Part shown: piece after piece, positions 18,604 to 28,478 of the stretch
Layout: each line of letters opens with the position of its first letter
Position numbering within the stretch: the stretch's first letter is position 1
Assembly: GCA_024224295.1 (NCBI GenBank)
Contig: JAAENN010000177.1
Span: forward strand, 79-64,078
Reading direction: 5' to 3'
Source of the DNA: Shimia sp.
Lineage (GTDB): Bacteria; Pseudomonadota; Alphaproteobacteria; Rhodobacterales; Rhodobacteraceae
Length of the DNA stretch: 64,000 nt
Translations under genes and position numbers: made by a program
The notes under the pieces: generated by a model
The model's database searches: none
The model's input: only the letters and a program-made list of their open reading frames with translations
What the model was told of the DNA's origin: nothing

Positions 18604-19614
18604 TCAGCCCCAGCACTTACCCAGACCCTCGGCCGAAGTGAGGGATGGAATGCCATCAATAGGTTCGTCGGTGATCAGCTCGACACCAGTGTTGTAGAAA
18701 TCCAACCCTTCGGTGTTACGTGGTTTGGCACCGGTTTCGGCCCACGTCTTGATCGCATCAATGCCAAGCGACGCCATAAGAAGAGGGAACTGCATTGATG
18801 TGGCGCCGATCACGCCTTCCGAGATGTTCTGCACGCCGGGGCAACCACCATCCACAGAAACAATCATAACGTCGTTTTCACGCCCCACGGATTTCAATGC
18901 TTCATAAGCGCCGGCGGCGGCAGGTTCGTTGATTGTGTAGACTACGTTGATTTCCGGGTCGATCTGCATCAGGTTTTCCATTGCAGTCCGGCCGCCTTCT
19001 TCGTTGCCGTTGGTCACATCATTGCCAACGATGCGCGGATCGTCTTCGTCGCCAATGTCGGTCGGGTCTTTGATGTCGATACCAAAGCCCTGAAGAAAGC
19101 CATTGTTGCGCAGGTAATCAACAGAGATTTCGGACGCATTCAGGTCGAGCAGCGCGATCTTGGCGTTTGCAGCTTCATCTCCCAATTTGGCAGCAGCCCA
19201 TTCACCGATGAGCACACCGGCCTTGAAATTGTCGGTAGCGAATGTTGCATCCGCGACGTTGGCAGGCTCAAACGGCGTGTCCAGCGCGATGACCAAAGCA
19301 CCTGCGTCACGCGCCTGCGAGATCACTGGCGTTAGTGCGCGACTGTCGGTCGGTGTGATCAGGATACCTTTGGCCCCAGACGCAATGCAGGTTTCCACAG
19401 CAGCGATCTGGCTTTCGACGTCGCCGTCGATTTTGCCTGCAAAGGTAGACAGGTTAATTCCGTTTTCCTTAGCCGCGGCTGTTGCGCCTTCTTTCATCTT
19501 TACAAAGAACGGATTGGTGTCGGTCTTTGTGATCAAGCAAGCGTTGATATCTGCGTAAGCCGCGCCAGCCATCGTGGTCAGGGCAATGACCGAAGAAGTC
19601 ATTAGGTTTTTCAT
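18604..19614 (-). CDS. frcB: Sugar (fructose) ABC substrate-binding protein
   Basis: Signal peptide; [42 protein letters not shown] match FrcB-type SBPs. Confidence 0.85.
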   Translation of the reverse strand: MKNLMTSSVIALTTMAGAAYADINACLITKTDTNPFFVKMKEGATAAAKENGINLSTFAGKIDGDVESQIAAVETCIASGAKGILITPTDSRALTPVISQARDAGALVIALDTPFEPANVADATFATDNFKAGVLIGEWAAAKLGDEAANAKIALLDLNASEISVDYLRNNGFLQGFGIDIKDPTDIGDEDDPRIVGNDVTNGNEEGGRTAMENLMQIDPEINVVYTINEPAAAGAYEALKSVGRENDVMIVSVDGGCPGVQNISEGVIGATSMQFPLLMASLGIDAIKTWAETGAKPRNTEGLDFYNTGVELITDEPIDGIPSLTSAEGLGKCWG

Positions 19615-19719
19615 GGTTTCCTCCCATCCATGTCAAATCAATTGTGTGGCCGCCTCCATGCTAGCCACCCACCTGCTCGAGTGCAGGCTGAGGCATAAAA
19701 AGCCAGATTCTGACATCTC

Positions 19720-19746
19720 TGTCAATTAGTTTGTAAACTTTACTAA
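19720..19746. promoter_or_regulatory. TTGACA -35 element (minus strand) next to a dyad, candidate ROK-repressor operator
   Basis: TGTCAA at 19720-19725, then TTAGTTTGTAAACTTTACTAA, which contains AGTTT-gt-AAACT and TTAGT-N11-ACTAA. Confidence 0.4.
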
Positions 19747-19792
19747 CAAAATAATTCGATCTACCTTCACATTAGATAACGAGGAATATAAT

Positions 19793-21001
19793 GTGCCCGA
19801 CATGGATGGTGACATGACAAGAAGACGACGCGGCGGCGTTAATCAAAGCGGGCTGCGTGACCATAATGAACGTCTGATCCTATCCGTTCTGCAACGCTAT
19901 CAAACGGTTCCGGCCGCAGAACTGGCCCGGCGAACTGGCCTCTCCAAACCCACCGTTTCGACAATCCTGCGCAACCTTGAAGAAGATGGGCTTGTTCGAC
20001 GCGGAGACCCAGTCCGCGGCAAGGTTGGTAAACCATCCATACCCATTGAACTGGATCCTGACGGTGCTTTTTCCGTGGGCCTGAAAGTCGGGCGTCGCAG
20101 CGCAGATTTGCTGTTGTTGGATTTCGCTGGAAACGTACGCGAACAACTGCACACTACTTTTGACTATCCTATGCCCGACGCCGTCTTTGGGTTCTTGGAA
20201 GCCGGGTTAACCGACCTGCTGGCAAATCTCTCAAGTAACCAGAAGCGTCGTGTCTGCGGGATTGGGATCGGCACGCCGTTTGAACTCTGGAAATGGCACG
20301 ACCTGACTGGCCCGTCAGTTGAAAAATTCCGCTCATGGAAAGACGTGGATTTTGCAAAGGAAGTCGCCCGGTTCAGCGATCTACCGGTTTTTGTCGCGAA
20401 TGATGCCACAGCAGCTTGCCATGCAGAGCACCTGTACGGACGAGGTAAAAAGTATCGCGACTTTGCTTATTTCTACATCGGCTCTTTCATTGGCGGTGGC
20501 ATTGCCTTGAATGGCACCGTGTTTGAGGGAAACCAAGGAAATGCAGGTGCGCTGGGCTCCATGCGTACCACTGGCCCGTTGGGTGAAAGTCAGCAGTTGA
20601 TCGACACGGCCTCACTACATCTGTTGGAGGCGCGATTGACAGAAGCTGGTCTTGATCCAAAGCTCATGTGGCAAAAGCCACAGGATTGGAGCGGTCTTTC
20701 CCGATATGTTGATCCCTGGATAGGGGAAACAGCCCAAGAGCTGGCAAAGGCGTCGCTGTCGATATGTTCGGTTATCGATTTCGAAGCGATCCTGGTCGAT
20801 GGTGCCTTTCCATCTGAAGTTCGCGAAGAACTGGTTGAACGGGTTCGCCGGTATTTGGTCAATCAGGATAAGCGCGGATTGATCGCCCCGAAAGTCGAAA
20901 TCGGAACTATTGGAGAAAATGCTCGTGCAATTGGTGCTGCGAGCGGCCCAATTTTCGCGGAATACCTTCTGAATACAAATGCGGGATTGTCGTCGATCTG
21001 A
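19793..21001 (+). CDS. ROK-family transcriptional regulator (FrcR-like)
   Basis: N-terminal HTH (ELARRTGLSKPTVS), GKVGKPS, NDATAAC, IGSFIGGG; divergent from frcB. Confidence 0.9.
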   Translation: MPDMDGDMTRRRRGGVNQSGLRDHNERLILSVLQRYQTVPAAELARRTGLSKPTVSTILRNLEEDGLVRRGDPVRGKVGKPSIPIELDPDGAFSVGLKVGRRSADLLLLDFAGNVREQLHTTFDYPMPDAVFGFLEAGLTDLLANLSSNQKRRVCGIGIGTPFELWKWHDLTGPSVEKFRSWKDVDFAKEVARFSDLPVFVANDATAACHAEHLYGRGKKYRDFAYFYIGSFIGGGIALNGTVFEGNQGNAGALGSMRTTGPLGESQQLIDTASLHLLEARLTEAGLDPKLMWQKPQDWSGLSRYVDPWIGETAQELAKASLSICSVIDFEAILVDGAFPSEVREELVERVRRYLVNQDKRGLIAPKVEIGTIGENARAIGAASGPIFAEYLLNTNAGLSSI

Positions 21002-21091
21002 TGTACAATACTCTGTTTTGAAAGCAGACCTTTACAAGACCTAAGGAAGTGACCGTTTTGTCCGCAGAGTTGCCATTTGACCTTGGAAACT

Positions 21092-21125
21092 AAGAAGCTC
21101 CCGGAGATATCTTCGGGAGCTTCTT
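21092..21125. terminator. Bidirectional intrinsic terminator between the ROK gene and fabA
   Basis: AAGAAGCTCCCG-gagatatctt-CGGGAGCTTCTT. Confidence 0.8.
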
Positions 21126-21155
21126 TCTGTCTAGATTTGATGTAATCTGCGCAGA

Positions 21156-21662
21156 TTACTCAGCCGCCAGACCAACCTTCATGTCTTTGACTTCATAGAT
21201 CTCTTCGCCGTCAGCAAAGACTTTACCGTTGGCCACGCCAAGCTTCAGCTTGCGGTCGATGATGCGGGTGAAATCCACATGGTAGGTCAGCATTTTGCGG
21301 TCTGGTTTGACCATTCCCTTGAGCTTCACTTCGCCCACGCCCATGGCCATGCCTTTGCCGGGCATGCCGCGCCAGCCGAGGTTGAAGCCGGTCAGCTGCC
21401 ACAGGCCGTCAAGGCCAAGACAGCCAGGCATGATTGGGTTGCCGGGGAAGTGGCACTCAAAGAACCAAAGGTCCGGGGTGATGTCGAACTCTGCAACAAC
21501 GTGGCCTTTGCCAAATTCACCGCGATCGGCGGAGATGTCGGTGATGCGGTCCATCATCAGCATGGGCGGCGCAGGCAATTGCGCGTTGCCGGGACCAAAC
21601 AATTCGCCACGGGCGCATTTCAGCAGGTCGTCTTTGTCAAAGCTCGTGGGATGGTCGGCCAT
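21156..21662 (-). CDS. fabA: 3-hydroxydecanoyl-ACP dehydratase/isomerase
   Basis: [32 protein letters not shown]. Confidence 0.95.
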   Translation of the reverse strand: MADHPTSFDKDDLLKCARGELFGPGNAQLPAPPMLMMDRITDISADRGEFGKGHVVAEFDITPDLWFFECHFPGNPIMPGCLGLDGLWQLTGFNLGWRGMPGKGMAMGVGEVKLKGMVKPDRKMLTYHVDFTRIIDRKLKLGVANGKVFADGEEIYEVKDMKVGLAAE

Positions 21663-21841
21663 TCTGGGAGGTCCCTTGTCATTCTGGGGTTGGTTTTGCT
21701 TGCTTTATCACCTGCCAGTGTGGTCCTGCAAGGCAATGTCGCCGTGCGAGCCGGAGCTGCAAATCTGTTTGCGACTCATTTTCATTTGAACTCTGGCAGG
21801 TTTTTGCGCTAAATATATAGCTGACGCACAGGAATATACAG

Positions 21842-22258
21842 ATGACCACTGAGGCACTTCGCAACGGCACCCAATGGCTCGCATCGGCTGGACTGCGCCC
21901 AACACGACAACGTGTGGCGCTGGCGGCGTTGCTTGTCGGTGATGGAAACGACAGGCATGTAACGGCGGAAAGTTTGTTTGCGTCGGTGCGTGAGCACGGA
22001 GACAGGGTGTCTTTGGCCACTGTGTACAACACGTTGCGCGCGTTTTGTGACGCTGGGTTGATGCAGGAAATCACTGTGGATGGTGCCAAAAGCTATTTCG
22101 ACACCAACACCGGCGATCATCCACATTTCTTCTGGGAAGATGACCGTGTGTTGACCGATGCGCCCGCCGAAGAGCTTGAGATTTCCCGTTTGCCCGGCGC
22201 GCCTGAAGGGGCAGAGATTTCCAAGATTGACGTGGTGATCCGCCTGCGTCGCACTTGA
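21842..22258 (+). CDS. irr: Iron response regulator Irr (Fur family)
   Basis: GLRPTRQR, SLATVYNTL, DTNTGDHPHF (HxH motif); divergent from fabA. Confidence 0.9.
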   Translation: MTTEALRNGTQWLASAGLRPTRQRVALAALLVGDGNDRHVTAESLFASVREHGDRVSLATVYNTLRAFCDAGLMQEITVDGAKSYFDTNTGDHPHFFWEDDRVLTDAPAEELEISRLPGAPEGAEISKIDVVIRLRRT

Positions 22259-22345
22259 GCGCGACGCTGGGTCAAACATTTCTGAGAGCAATTGTCCTTG
22301 ATTTGGGCCTGTGACAGCATAGGCGCAGAGCAGGGAGGATGTGTC

Positions 22346-23326
22346 ATGAAAGCAGTGACGTGGCGGGGCTTTGGGCCTGCGCGGGAAGTTTTGCAAATTG
22401 AAGATCTGGCGGTGCCCATACCTACGCCTGGCGAAGTTTTGGTGCGCGTGGCGTTTTCTGGTGTTAATCCGTCTGACTGTAAAGCGCGCGGTGGCGCGCG
22501 GCCTGGTGTGACCAAACCACCGTTTGAGGTGATAGTGCCGCACAGCGATGGGGCTGGTGTGATTGAAGCGGTTGGTGAAGGCGTTGATGCGGCCCGTGTG
22601 GGTGAGCGTGTATGGCTTTGGAATGGGCAATGGCAACGGCCTTTTGGCACCTGTGCGGAGTACATCGCGGTACCTGCAGCGCAGGCCATTGCCTTGCCTG
22701 ATGGTGTGCCGCTGGAAGACGGTGCAGTGATAGGGATTCCGGGGCTCACGGCAGCACAGACGGTGTTTGGCGGGGGCGATGTGACGGGGCAGACTGTACT
22801 GGTCTCTGGCGGCGGCGGATCTGTGGGTTTTCTGGCGGTGCAGCTTGCGGCCTGGGGCGGGGCGACGGTGATTGCCACTTGTGGCACGCGCGATATGGAT
22901 CGTGTGAAGGCTGCAGGCGCGGCACATGTGTTTGACTATGCCAGCCCGACATTGGCGGCGGACATCTTGGCCGTGTGTGACGGTTTGGATCGCGCCGTGG
23001 AAGTGGAGCTGGGGCCAAACCTGCTGTTGTTGGCCGAGGTGATGAAACCCTTGGGTACAATTGCGGCCTATGGGTCAGCCAAAGACATGGCACCGGAAAT
23101 GCCGTTTGGGCCGATGCTGTTCAAGGCTTTGAAGCTGGATATCTCGTTGATCTACATTCTGCCGCTCGCGGAACGTGCGGCGGCGATTGCGCGGTTGCAT
23201 GGGGCGTTTGCGGATGGGGCTTTGAAGCTTGACGCGCCCAATGTGTTTGCCTTGGAAGAGGCGGCTGCGGCACATGAGATGGTGGAGGCCGGAGGGCGCA
23301 CGGGGGCCGTGTTGGTGAAGTGCTGA
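22346..23326 (+). CDS. NADPH:quinone reductase (zeta-crystallin/MDR family)
   Basis: SGVNPSD, VPHSDGAG, SGGGGSVG. GGAGG precedes ATG 22346. Confidence 0.92.
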   Translation: MKAVTWRGFGPAREVLQIEDLAVPIPTPGEVLVRVAFSGVNPSDCKARGGARPGVTKPPFEVIVPHSDGAGVIEAVGEGVDAARVGERVWLWNGQWQRPFGTCAEYIAVPAAQAIALPDGVPLEDGAVIGIPGLTAAQTVFGGGDVTGQTVLVSGGGGSVGFLAVQLAAWGGATVIATCGTRDMDRVKAAGAAHVFDYASPTLAADILAVCDGLDRAVEVELGPNLLLLAEVMKPLGTIAAYGSAKDMAPEMPFGPMLFKALKLDISLIYILPLAERAAAIARLHGAFADGALKLDAPNVFALEEAAAAHEMVEAGGRTGAVLVKC

Positions 23327-23330
23327 GCCG

Positions 23331-24869
23331 CTAAGTCAGACCTTCGAGGCCAAACCACTGCGGCAACACAGACATGACCCGTCGCCAGAAACCTGCGTCC
23401 GGGTCTTTGGTGACCACTGTGGGGGCGACTGCCTTGGGTTGGTGTGTCCACTGTAGACCTTTGTCCTCGGCGGTGACCTTATAGGCAAACTCGTTGAGGT
23501 TTTTATCCAAGTTTCTCAAAATGCTACGGGCGTAGGCGGGGCTGTCCACCAGAAGGCCGATTTCCGCGTTTGTCTTGATTGAGCGCGGGTCGAGGTTGAG
23601 AGAGCCGACCAGCACAGACGTGTTGTCGATCACAGCCAGCTTGGTGTGCAGCGTGATGTGAGGTGGGTTCTCTTGGTCTGTGAGATTGAGCGCTGCAATG
23701 GCGTCGTGACGCAATTCGTAAAGCTCAACACCTGCGGCTAGCAGGTCAGCGCGATGGCGGGCGTAGCCGCCATGTACATAGGCGTGGTTTGTTGAGGCCA
23801 GCGAGTTGGTCACGATCCGCAGCTTTATGCCGGAGTGGGCCAGGTTGGCATAGAAGCGCGCGCCGTAGTCTTCGGGCACAAAGTAAGGGCTGATTAGGGT
23901 GACCTGTGATTTGGCTTCACCAATGGCGGCAAAGAAAGCTTCGCCCAAGATATGCGGGCCTTTGCCATCTGGATTGCGCAGCTTTTGAGGGGTGTCGGCA
24001 ATGATGCGCGAAGTACCCCGGAATGGGGCAATCTTTCGTTTGGTAATGTCTTGGAGGTAAGGCGTGTTGATCGCATTGATGTAGGCGGCGACTTCGGGGC
24101 TGTCGGGATTATAGGCCCAATCAGAGAGGGTAATCTGTGGCGGCTGCGGCGCGGATTTAGCGCGGAGGTTGGCGACGGGGATGGCGTAGGTATCGTTCCA
24201 GTAGGTGTCAAAGATTGGGTTGATCTCGGCCGCCTCAGAGCCAAAGACCGCGAGGTCGTAATCCGCAAACACCTCAGTGGGTTTCAGCTCGTAGTATTCA
24301 TCGGCAAAGTTGCGCCCGCCGATGATCGCCATGTCGTTGTCGACCACAAAAGTTTTGATGTGCATGCGCCGGTTTACGCGTTTGAAATCCCACAGAAACC
24401 CCATGGCTTTGGGTGCATTCCGCGAGCTGGGGTTGAAGATGCGGATGTCGATATTGGGGTGGGTGTCGAGCACGGCGAGGTCGGTGTCGTCTGCGGTGGT
24501 GAAGACGTCATCCACCAAGAGACGCACGCGGACGCCGCGATTGGCGGCGTCAAACAGGCGGTGGGTAAGGATGCCACTGGCGGTGTCCGGTTTGATCAGG
24601 AAGGTGGCAATGTCGATGCTTTGCCGCGCGCTTTCGATCATGCGCAGGCGGGCGCCGAGCGCGTCGGTGCCGTTGGTGAGTTCGAAATAGGCGGACTGGG
24701 TGCCGGTTTGCGCGGATACCGCGCGGCTGACTGCGTCTGAAGAGGTATCGGCGGTGAGGGCGTAGGAGGGCGTGCGCGGGGCGTCAAAAGGCACTTTTGC
24801 GCAGGCTGTTAGGGTCAGGGAGGCCGTAAGGGTCGCGATAATACGCGTGCTGCGTAGGCTTAGAACCAC
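23331..24869 (-). CDS. Phospholipase D family lipoprotein (ClsC/YmdC-like)
   Basis: Two HKD motifs (MHIKTFVVD, LHTKLAVID), GGRNFADEY, lipobox LTAC. Confidence 0.9.
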   Translation of the reverse strand: MVLSLRSTRIIATLTASLTLTACAKVPFDAPRTPSYALTADTSSDAVSRAVSAQTGTQSAYFELTNGTDALGARLRMIESARQSIDIATFLIKPDTASGILTHRLFDAANRGVRVRLLVDDVFTTADDTDLAVLDTHPNIDIRIFNPSSRNAPKAMGFLWDFKRVNRRMHIKTFVVDNDMAIIGGRNFADEYYELKPTEVFADYDLAVFGSEAAEINPIFDTYWNDTYAIPVANLRAKSAPQPPQITLSDWAYNPDSPEVAAYINAINTPYLQDITKRKIAPFRGTSRIIADTPQKLRNPDGKGPHILGEAFFAAIGEAKSQVTLISPYFVPEDYGARFYANLAHSGIKLRIVTNSLASTNHAYVHGGYARHRADLLAAGVELYELRHDAIAALNLTDQENPPHITLHTKLAVIDNTSVLVGSLNLDPRSIKTNAEIGLLVDSPAYARSILRNLDKNLNEFAYKVTAEDKGLQWTHQPKAVAPTVVTKDPDAGFWRRVMSVLPQWFGLEGLT

Positions 24870-25729
24870 TGACCGGGTTCCATCAGGCCGAGGTCAAGCA
24901 ATTGGCGGGAATGCCAATCAAAGCGCACAGAGTTGTGCCAAGTGAATTCTTCAATGTCGAACGTTGAGCCCGGGTTGGCTTTCAGAGCTTTAGCGGTGCG
25001 GAAGGAGCAGACTGCGGCCGTCAGGTTGTTGTGCCAAGGGCAGGCGTAGGTGTTGTATTCTTCATCGGTGAACGTGAAGTCGTCGCGCAGTTTCAGGCCG
25101 AGTTTGGCGCGGAAGATCGAAATCCGGTCGATCTTGCGTTTGTTGGCTGGGATGTGTTCTTCAAACCGCCATCGTAAACCACCAAAGAAGTCCAGTTGCC
25201 GTTCTTTCGGGTGGTTGTGGTTGTCTGTATCAAGGCGCGCCAGGGCGTAATATCCAGAACGGTCTAGTTGTGCGTCTTCCAAAGACACGGCGTTGGGGGC
25301 ATGTTCTAGGTTGGGGGCATATAAATCTATCACATAGGTGAGCATCGCATCGCGTTGCTCTTCCGTGTGGAAGGCCAGCATCTCGCCGATACCGCGGGTC
25401 TCGCAAAACGGATAAAAAAGATACTCGGCGTTAAAACAGTAGTAAATCCAGAGGGATGGCGCGGCGTCTATGACTTTGTTGATGGCATCCTTCATACGCT
25501 GCCCGCGCGGGGCGTCCATTGTTATGCGCGGGCACAGCACTGACAGTTCTTCAGAAAGAGAGAATGCAGCGGGCATAAATACGATGACTTTTTTGAAACC
25601 AAGGTCGAGGTGATGATAGAGCGTGCTTTCAATTTCGATATCGTCTTCGACGAAGATCAAAGCCACAGGGCCCTTCGCCAACTCTGATTTGCTATCGCGC
25701 AGAAATTGCTCCACCGAGTCGTATGTCAT
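24860..25729 (-). CDS. Conserved hypothetical protein
   Basis: Long ORF with typical codon use, divergent from miaB; start set at ATG 25729 (MTYDSVEQFL); no family identified. Confidence 0.7.
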   Translation of the reverse strand: MTYDSVEQFLRDSKSELAKGPVALIFVEDDIEIESTLYHHLDLGFKKVIVFMPAAFSLSEELSVLCPRITMDAPRGQRMKDAINKVIDAAPSLWIYYCFNAEYLFYPFCETRGIGEMLAFHTEEQRDAMLTYVIDLYAPNLEHAPNAVSLEDAQLDRSGYYALARLDTDNHNHPKERQLDFFGGLRWRFEEHIPANKRKIDRISIFRAKLGLKLRDDFTFTDEEYNTYACPWHNNLTAAVCSFRTAKALKANPGSTFDIEEFTWHNSVRFDWHSRQLLDLGLMEPGQWF

Positions 25730-25851
25730 GCGCGCCTCATTTTGCGTGTTTTTGTCCTTGTTGCGCTCAAAATCCGCTAAAAGCGAGCGCATTGCAAGCG
25801 CCCCTGGTTTTCTGTAGGGAAGCGCCTTGAAACAGCTACAGGATATGTCCC

Positions 25852-27186
25852 ATGGCCGAGAACACCACTGCTGAGAAAAAGAAGCTCTTCATCAAAACCT
25901 ACGGGTGTCAGATGAACGTTTATGACAGTGAACGCATGGCTGAGGCTATGGGTGGTGCGGGCTATGAGACCACGGACACGCCGGATGATGCAGACATGAT
26001 CCTGCTCAACACTTGCCACATTCGCGAAAAGGCCGCCGAGAAGGTTTATTCGGAGTTGGGGCGGTTCAAGGGGCTGAAGGCGGAGAAGCCGGACCTGAAG
26101 ATTGGCGTTGCGGGCTGTGTGGCGCAGGCTGAAGGCAAAGAGATCATGCGTCGCCAGCCGTTGGTCGATTTGGTTGTAGGACCGCAGGCCTATCACCGCC
26201 TGCCGGAGATGGAAGCCAAGACGCAGGAAGGCGTAAAGGCGCTGGACACGGATTTTCCTGAAGAAGACAAGTTTGAGAAGCTTAAGGGCCGCTCCAAAGC
26301 AAAGCGCCAGCCAGCGGCGTTTTTGACTGTGCAAGAGGGTTGTGACAAGTTTTGCGCCTTCTGCGTGGTGCCGTATACCCGGGGTGCTGAGGTGTCCCGC
26401 CCGGTGGATCGCGTGGTTACAGAGGCGCGTGATTTGGTGGAACGCGGTGTGCGCGAGATCACCCTATTGGGGCAGAATGTGAACGCCTACCACGGGGCAC
26501 ACGGCGGCGGCGATATGACTTTGGCCGGGTTGATCTGGGAGCTGGATAAGATCCACGGTCTGGAGCGTATTCGTTTCACCACTAGCCACCCGAACGACAT
26601 GATGGATGACCTGATTGAGGCGCATGGTACCTGTTCCAAGCTCATGCCCTATCTCCATCTGCCGGTGCAGTCAGGTTCCAATAAAATCCTGAAGCGCATG
26701 AACCGCAGCCATGATCGTGACAGTTACATCAAGTTGATTGAGCGTATTCGTGCGGCTCGGCCGGACCTGCTGTTGTCCGGCGACTTCATTGTTGGTTTTC
26801 CAGAAGAGACCGAAGCCGACTTTCAGGACACAATGGATTTGATCCGTGAAGTGAAATACGGGCAAGCCTATAGCTTCAAATACTCTACTCGTCCGGGGAC
26901 CCCAGCTGCGGAGCGTCCGCTGGTGGATGCCGCTGAAGCAGATGACCGTTTGCAGCGACTTCAGGCCCTGCTTGGTCAGCAGCAGAAAGAGATCCAGAAC
27001 GGTATGGTTGGTAAAGAAGTAAACGTTCTTTACGAAAAAGCCGGCCGTCTAGAGGGGCAAATGGTTGGAAAGTCCGACTATCTGCACGCGGTCTATGTGG
27101 CTGATCCTAAGGGGCAAATCGGTGACATCAAACGGGTGAGAATCGTGGAAAGCGCGGCGAACTCTCTCGGTGGTGTTTTGATCTGA
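25852..27186 (+). CDS. miaB: tRNA-2-methylthio-N6-dimethylallyladenosine synthase
   Basis: TYGCQMN, NTCHIRE, radical [12 protein letters not shown]-terminal TRAM domain. Confidence 0.96.
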   Translation: MAENTTAEKKKLFIKTYGCQMNVYDSERMAEAMGGAGYETTDTPDDADMILLNTCHIREKAAEKVYSELGRFKGLKAEKPDLKIGVAGCVAQAEGKEIMRRQPLVDLVVGPQAYHRLPEMEAKTQEGVKALDTDFPEEDKFEKLKGRSKAKRQPAAFLTVQEGCDKFCAFCVVPYTRGAEVSRPVDRVVTEARDLVERGVREITLLGQNVNAYHGAHGGGDMTLAGLIWELDKIHGLERIRFTTSHPNDMMDDLIEAHGTCSKLMPYLHLPVQSGSNKILKRMNRSHDRDSYIKLIERIRAARPDLLLSGDFIVGFPEETEADFQDTMDLIREVKYGQAYSFKYSTRPGTPAAERPLVDAAEADDRLQRLQALLGQQQKEIQNGMVGKEVNVLYEKAGRLEGQMVGKSDYLHAVYVADPKGQIGDIKRVRIVESAANSLGGVLI

Positions 27187-27424
27187 GATTGACCTTGTGT
27201 CGGAAACAATCTTGGTTAATCTGAGAATATTGATGCGCGCGTTCTGCTTTGAGTAGGGCGTGCGTGACACATTTTGGACATATTTTAGGGCGCTGGCCAC
27301 GCGAATTAATGATTTCTTCTTCACATGAGTGGCAACTCGGTGCATCTTGATGGGATATAGAAAGCTTTGATTTAGAACACTGTTTCAAGAAAATGGCTTT
27401 CGGGGGATAGGAGAGGTACTCGCT

Positions 27425-28000
27425 GTGGCGAACAAAACCAAACAATTGGCGCGGGCGGCGCTTGGAGGTGCGGCGGCTGCCTGTGTTGCGCTTCTGGCCA
27501 TTGCTCAGCCCGCTGCGGCCCAAAACCAACGCACTGTTCTGGGCCAACCTTACGTGCCAACCGTCTGGGTTGATCCGGATGGGTGTGAACACTGGGTGAT
27601 GGATGACGGTGTCGAAGGCTATATGACCCCGCATGTGAACCGTCAGGGTATCCCGGTGTGTCGCCGTGGTAATGTTTGTGGTGTGATGAATTCTGACCAG
27701 TTCTTTGCCACTGACAAATACGGGATCAATTCAGCAAATAAGCAGCGATTGGCGGAGTTTTTCAACAGCTCGACTGCGTCGGCGTTCATTATTGCCGGTC
27801 ACACTGACAGTCGTGCCAGCGATGATTACAATATGCGTCTGAGTTACAACCGCGCCAATGCAGTTGCGAAAGTGGCGCGCGGCACAGGCGCTCGTGTGGT
27901 GGATGTGCGTGGCTATGGTGAGCGTATGCCAAGGGCGACCAATCGCACTTCTGCGGGCATGGCGGAGAACCGCCGTGTCGAAATCATCTGTCTGCGCTGA
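27425..28000 (+). CDS. OmpA-like peptidoglycan-binding domain protein with an N-terminal Cys/His module
   Basis: Signal peptide ending AAA; GHTDSRA, YNMRLSYNRA, GYGE, NRRVE. Confidence 0.88.
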   Translation: MANKTKQLARAALGGAAAACVALLAIAQPAAAQNQRTVLGQPYVPTVWVDPDGCEHWVMDDGVEGYMTPHVNRQGIPVCRRGNVCGVMNSDQFFATDKYGINSANKQRLAEFFNSSTASAFIIAGHTDSRASDDYNMRLSYNRANAVAKVARGTGARVVDVRGYGERMPRATNRTSAGMAENRRVEIICLR

Positions 28001-28012
28001 GGGAGTGGCGAT

Positions 28013-28312
28013 ATGAAACTGACCAAAAGCGTTCTGCTTCTCGGTGTCGCTGTGAGCCTTTCGGCTTGCATCGACAACAAAGTTGACAAGACCGTGGACA
28101 ACTTCACCGATGACGGCCACCTCAGCAATCTGATTGCCGGTATCTGGGTGGACCCTAACGGCTGTGACCATTGGATCATCGATGACGGTGTTGAAGGCTA
28201 CCTGTCTCAGCGTCTGGACCCATATGGCAAGCCAGTCTGTTCCGGTGCGGCCCCTCCCGGCGTGGCCACCGGTCCGTTCAAAGCGGGTGCGGGTATCGGC
28301 GACTGGATCTGA
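28013..28312 (+). CDS. Small lipoprotein sharing the WVDPxGCxHW module with the upstream OmpA protein
   Basis: Lipobox LSAC; GGGAG RBS; WVDPNGCDHWIIDDGVEGY. Confidence 0.85.
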   Translation: MKLTKSVLLLGVAVSLSACIDNKVDKTVDNFTDDGHLSNLIAGIWVDPNGCDHWIIDDGVEGYLSQRLDPYGKPVCSGAAPPGVATGPFKAGAGIGDWI

Positions 28313-28333
28313 TCCGCATCGCTTAAACGTTCC

Positions 28334-28363
28334 AAAGGTCGCCTGGGTATGGCGGCCTTTTTT
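28334..28363 (+). terminator. Intrinsic terminator closing the OmpA/lipoprotein pair
   Basis: aaaGGTCGCC-tgggtat-GGCGGCCttttt. Confidence 0.75.
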
Positions 28364-28478
28364 CTTGGCGAAACCCTGCCATATGTGTCCGCGTCACGGA
28401 AAATTCACGCCCGCCCGCTTGCACCTGCCTGCGTAACTTGGCACCATGGGGCTATACCTTTCTTCACAGGAGATGTGA

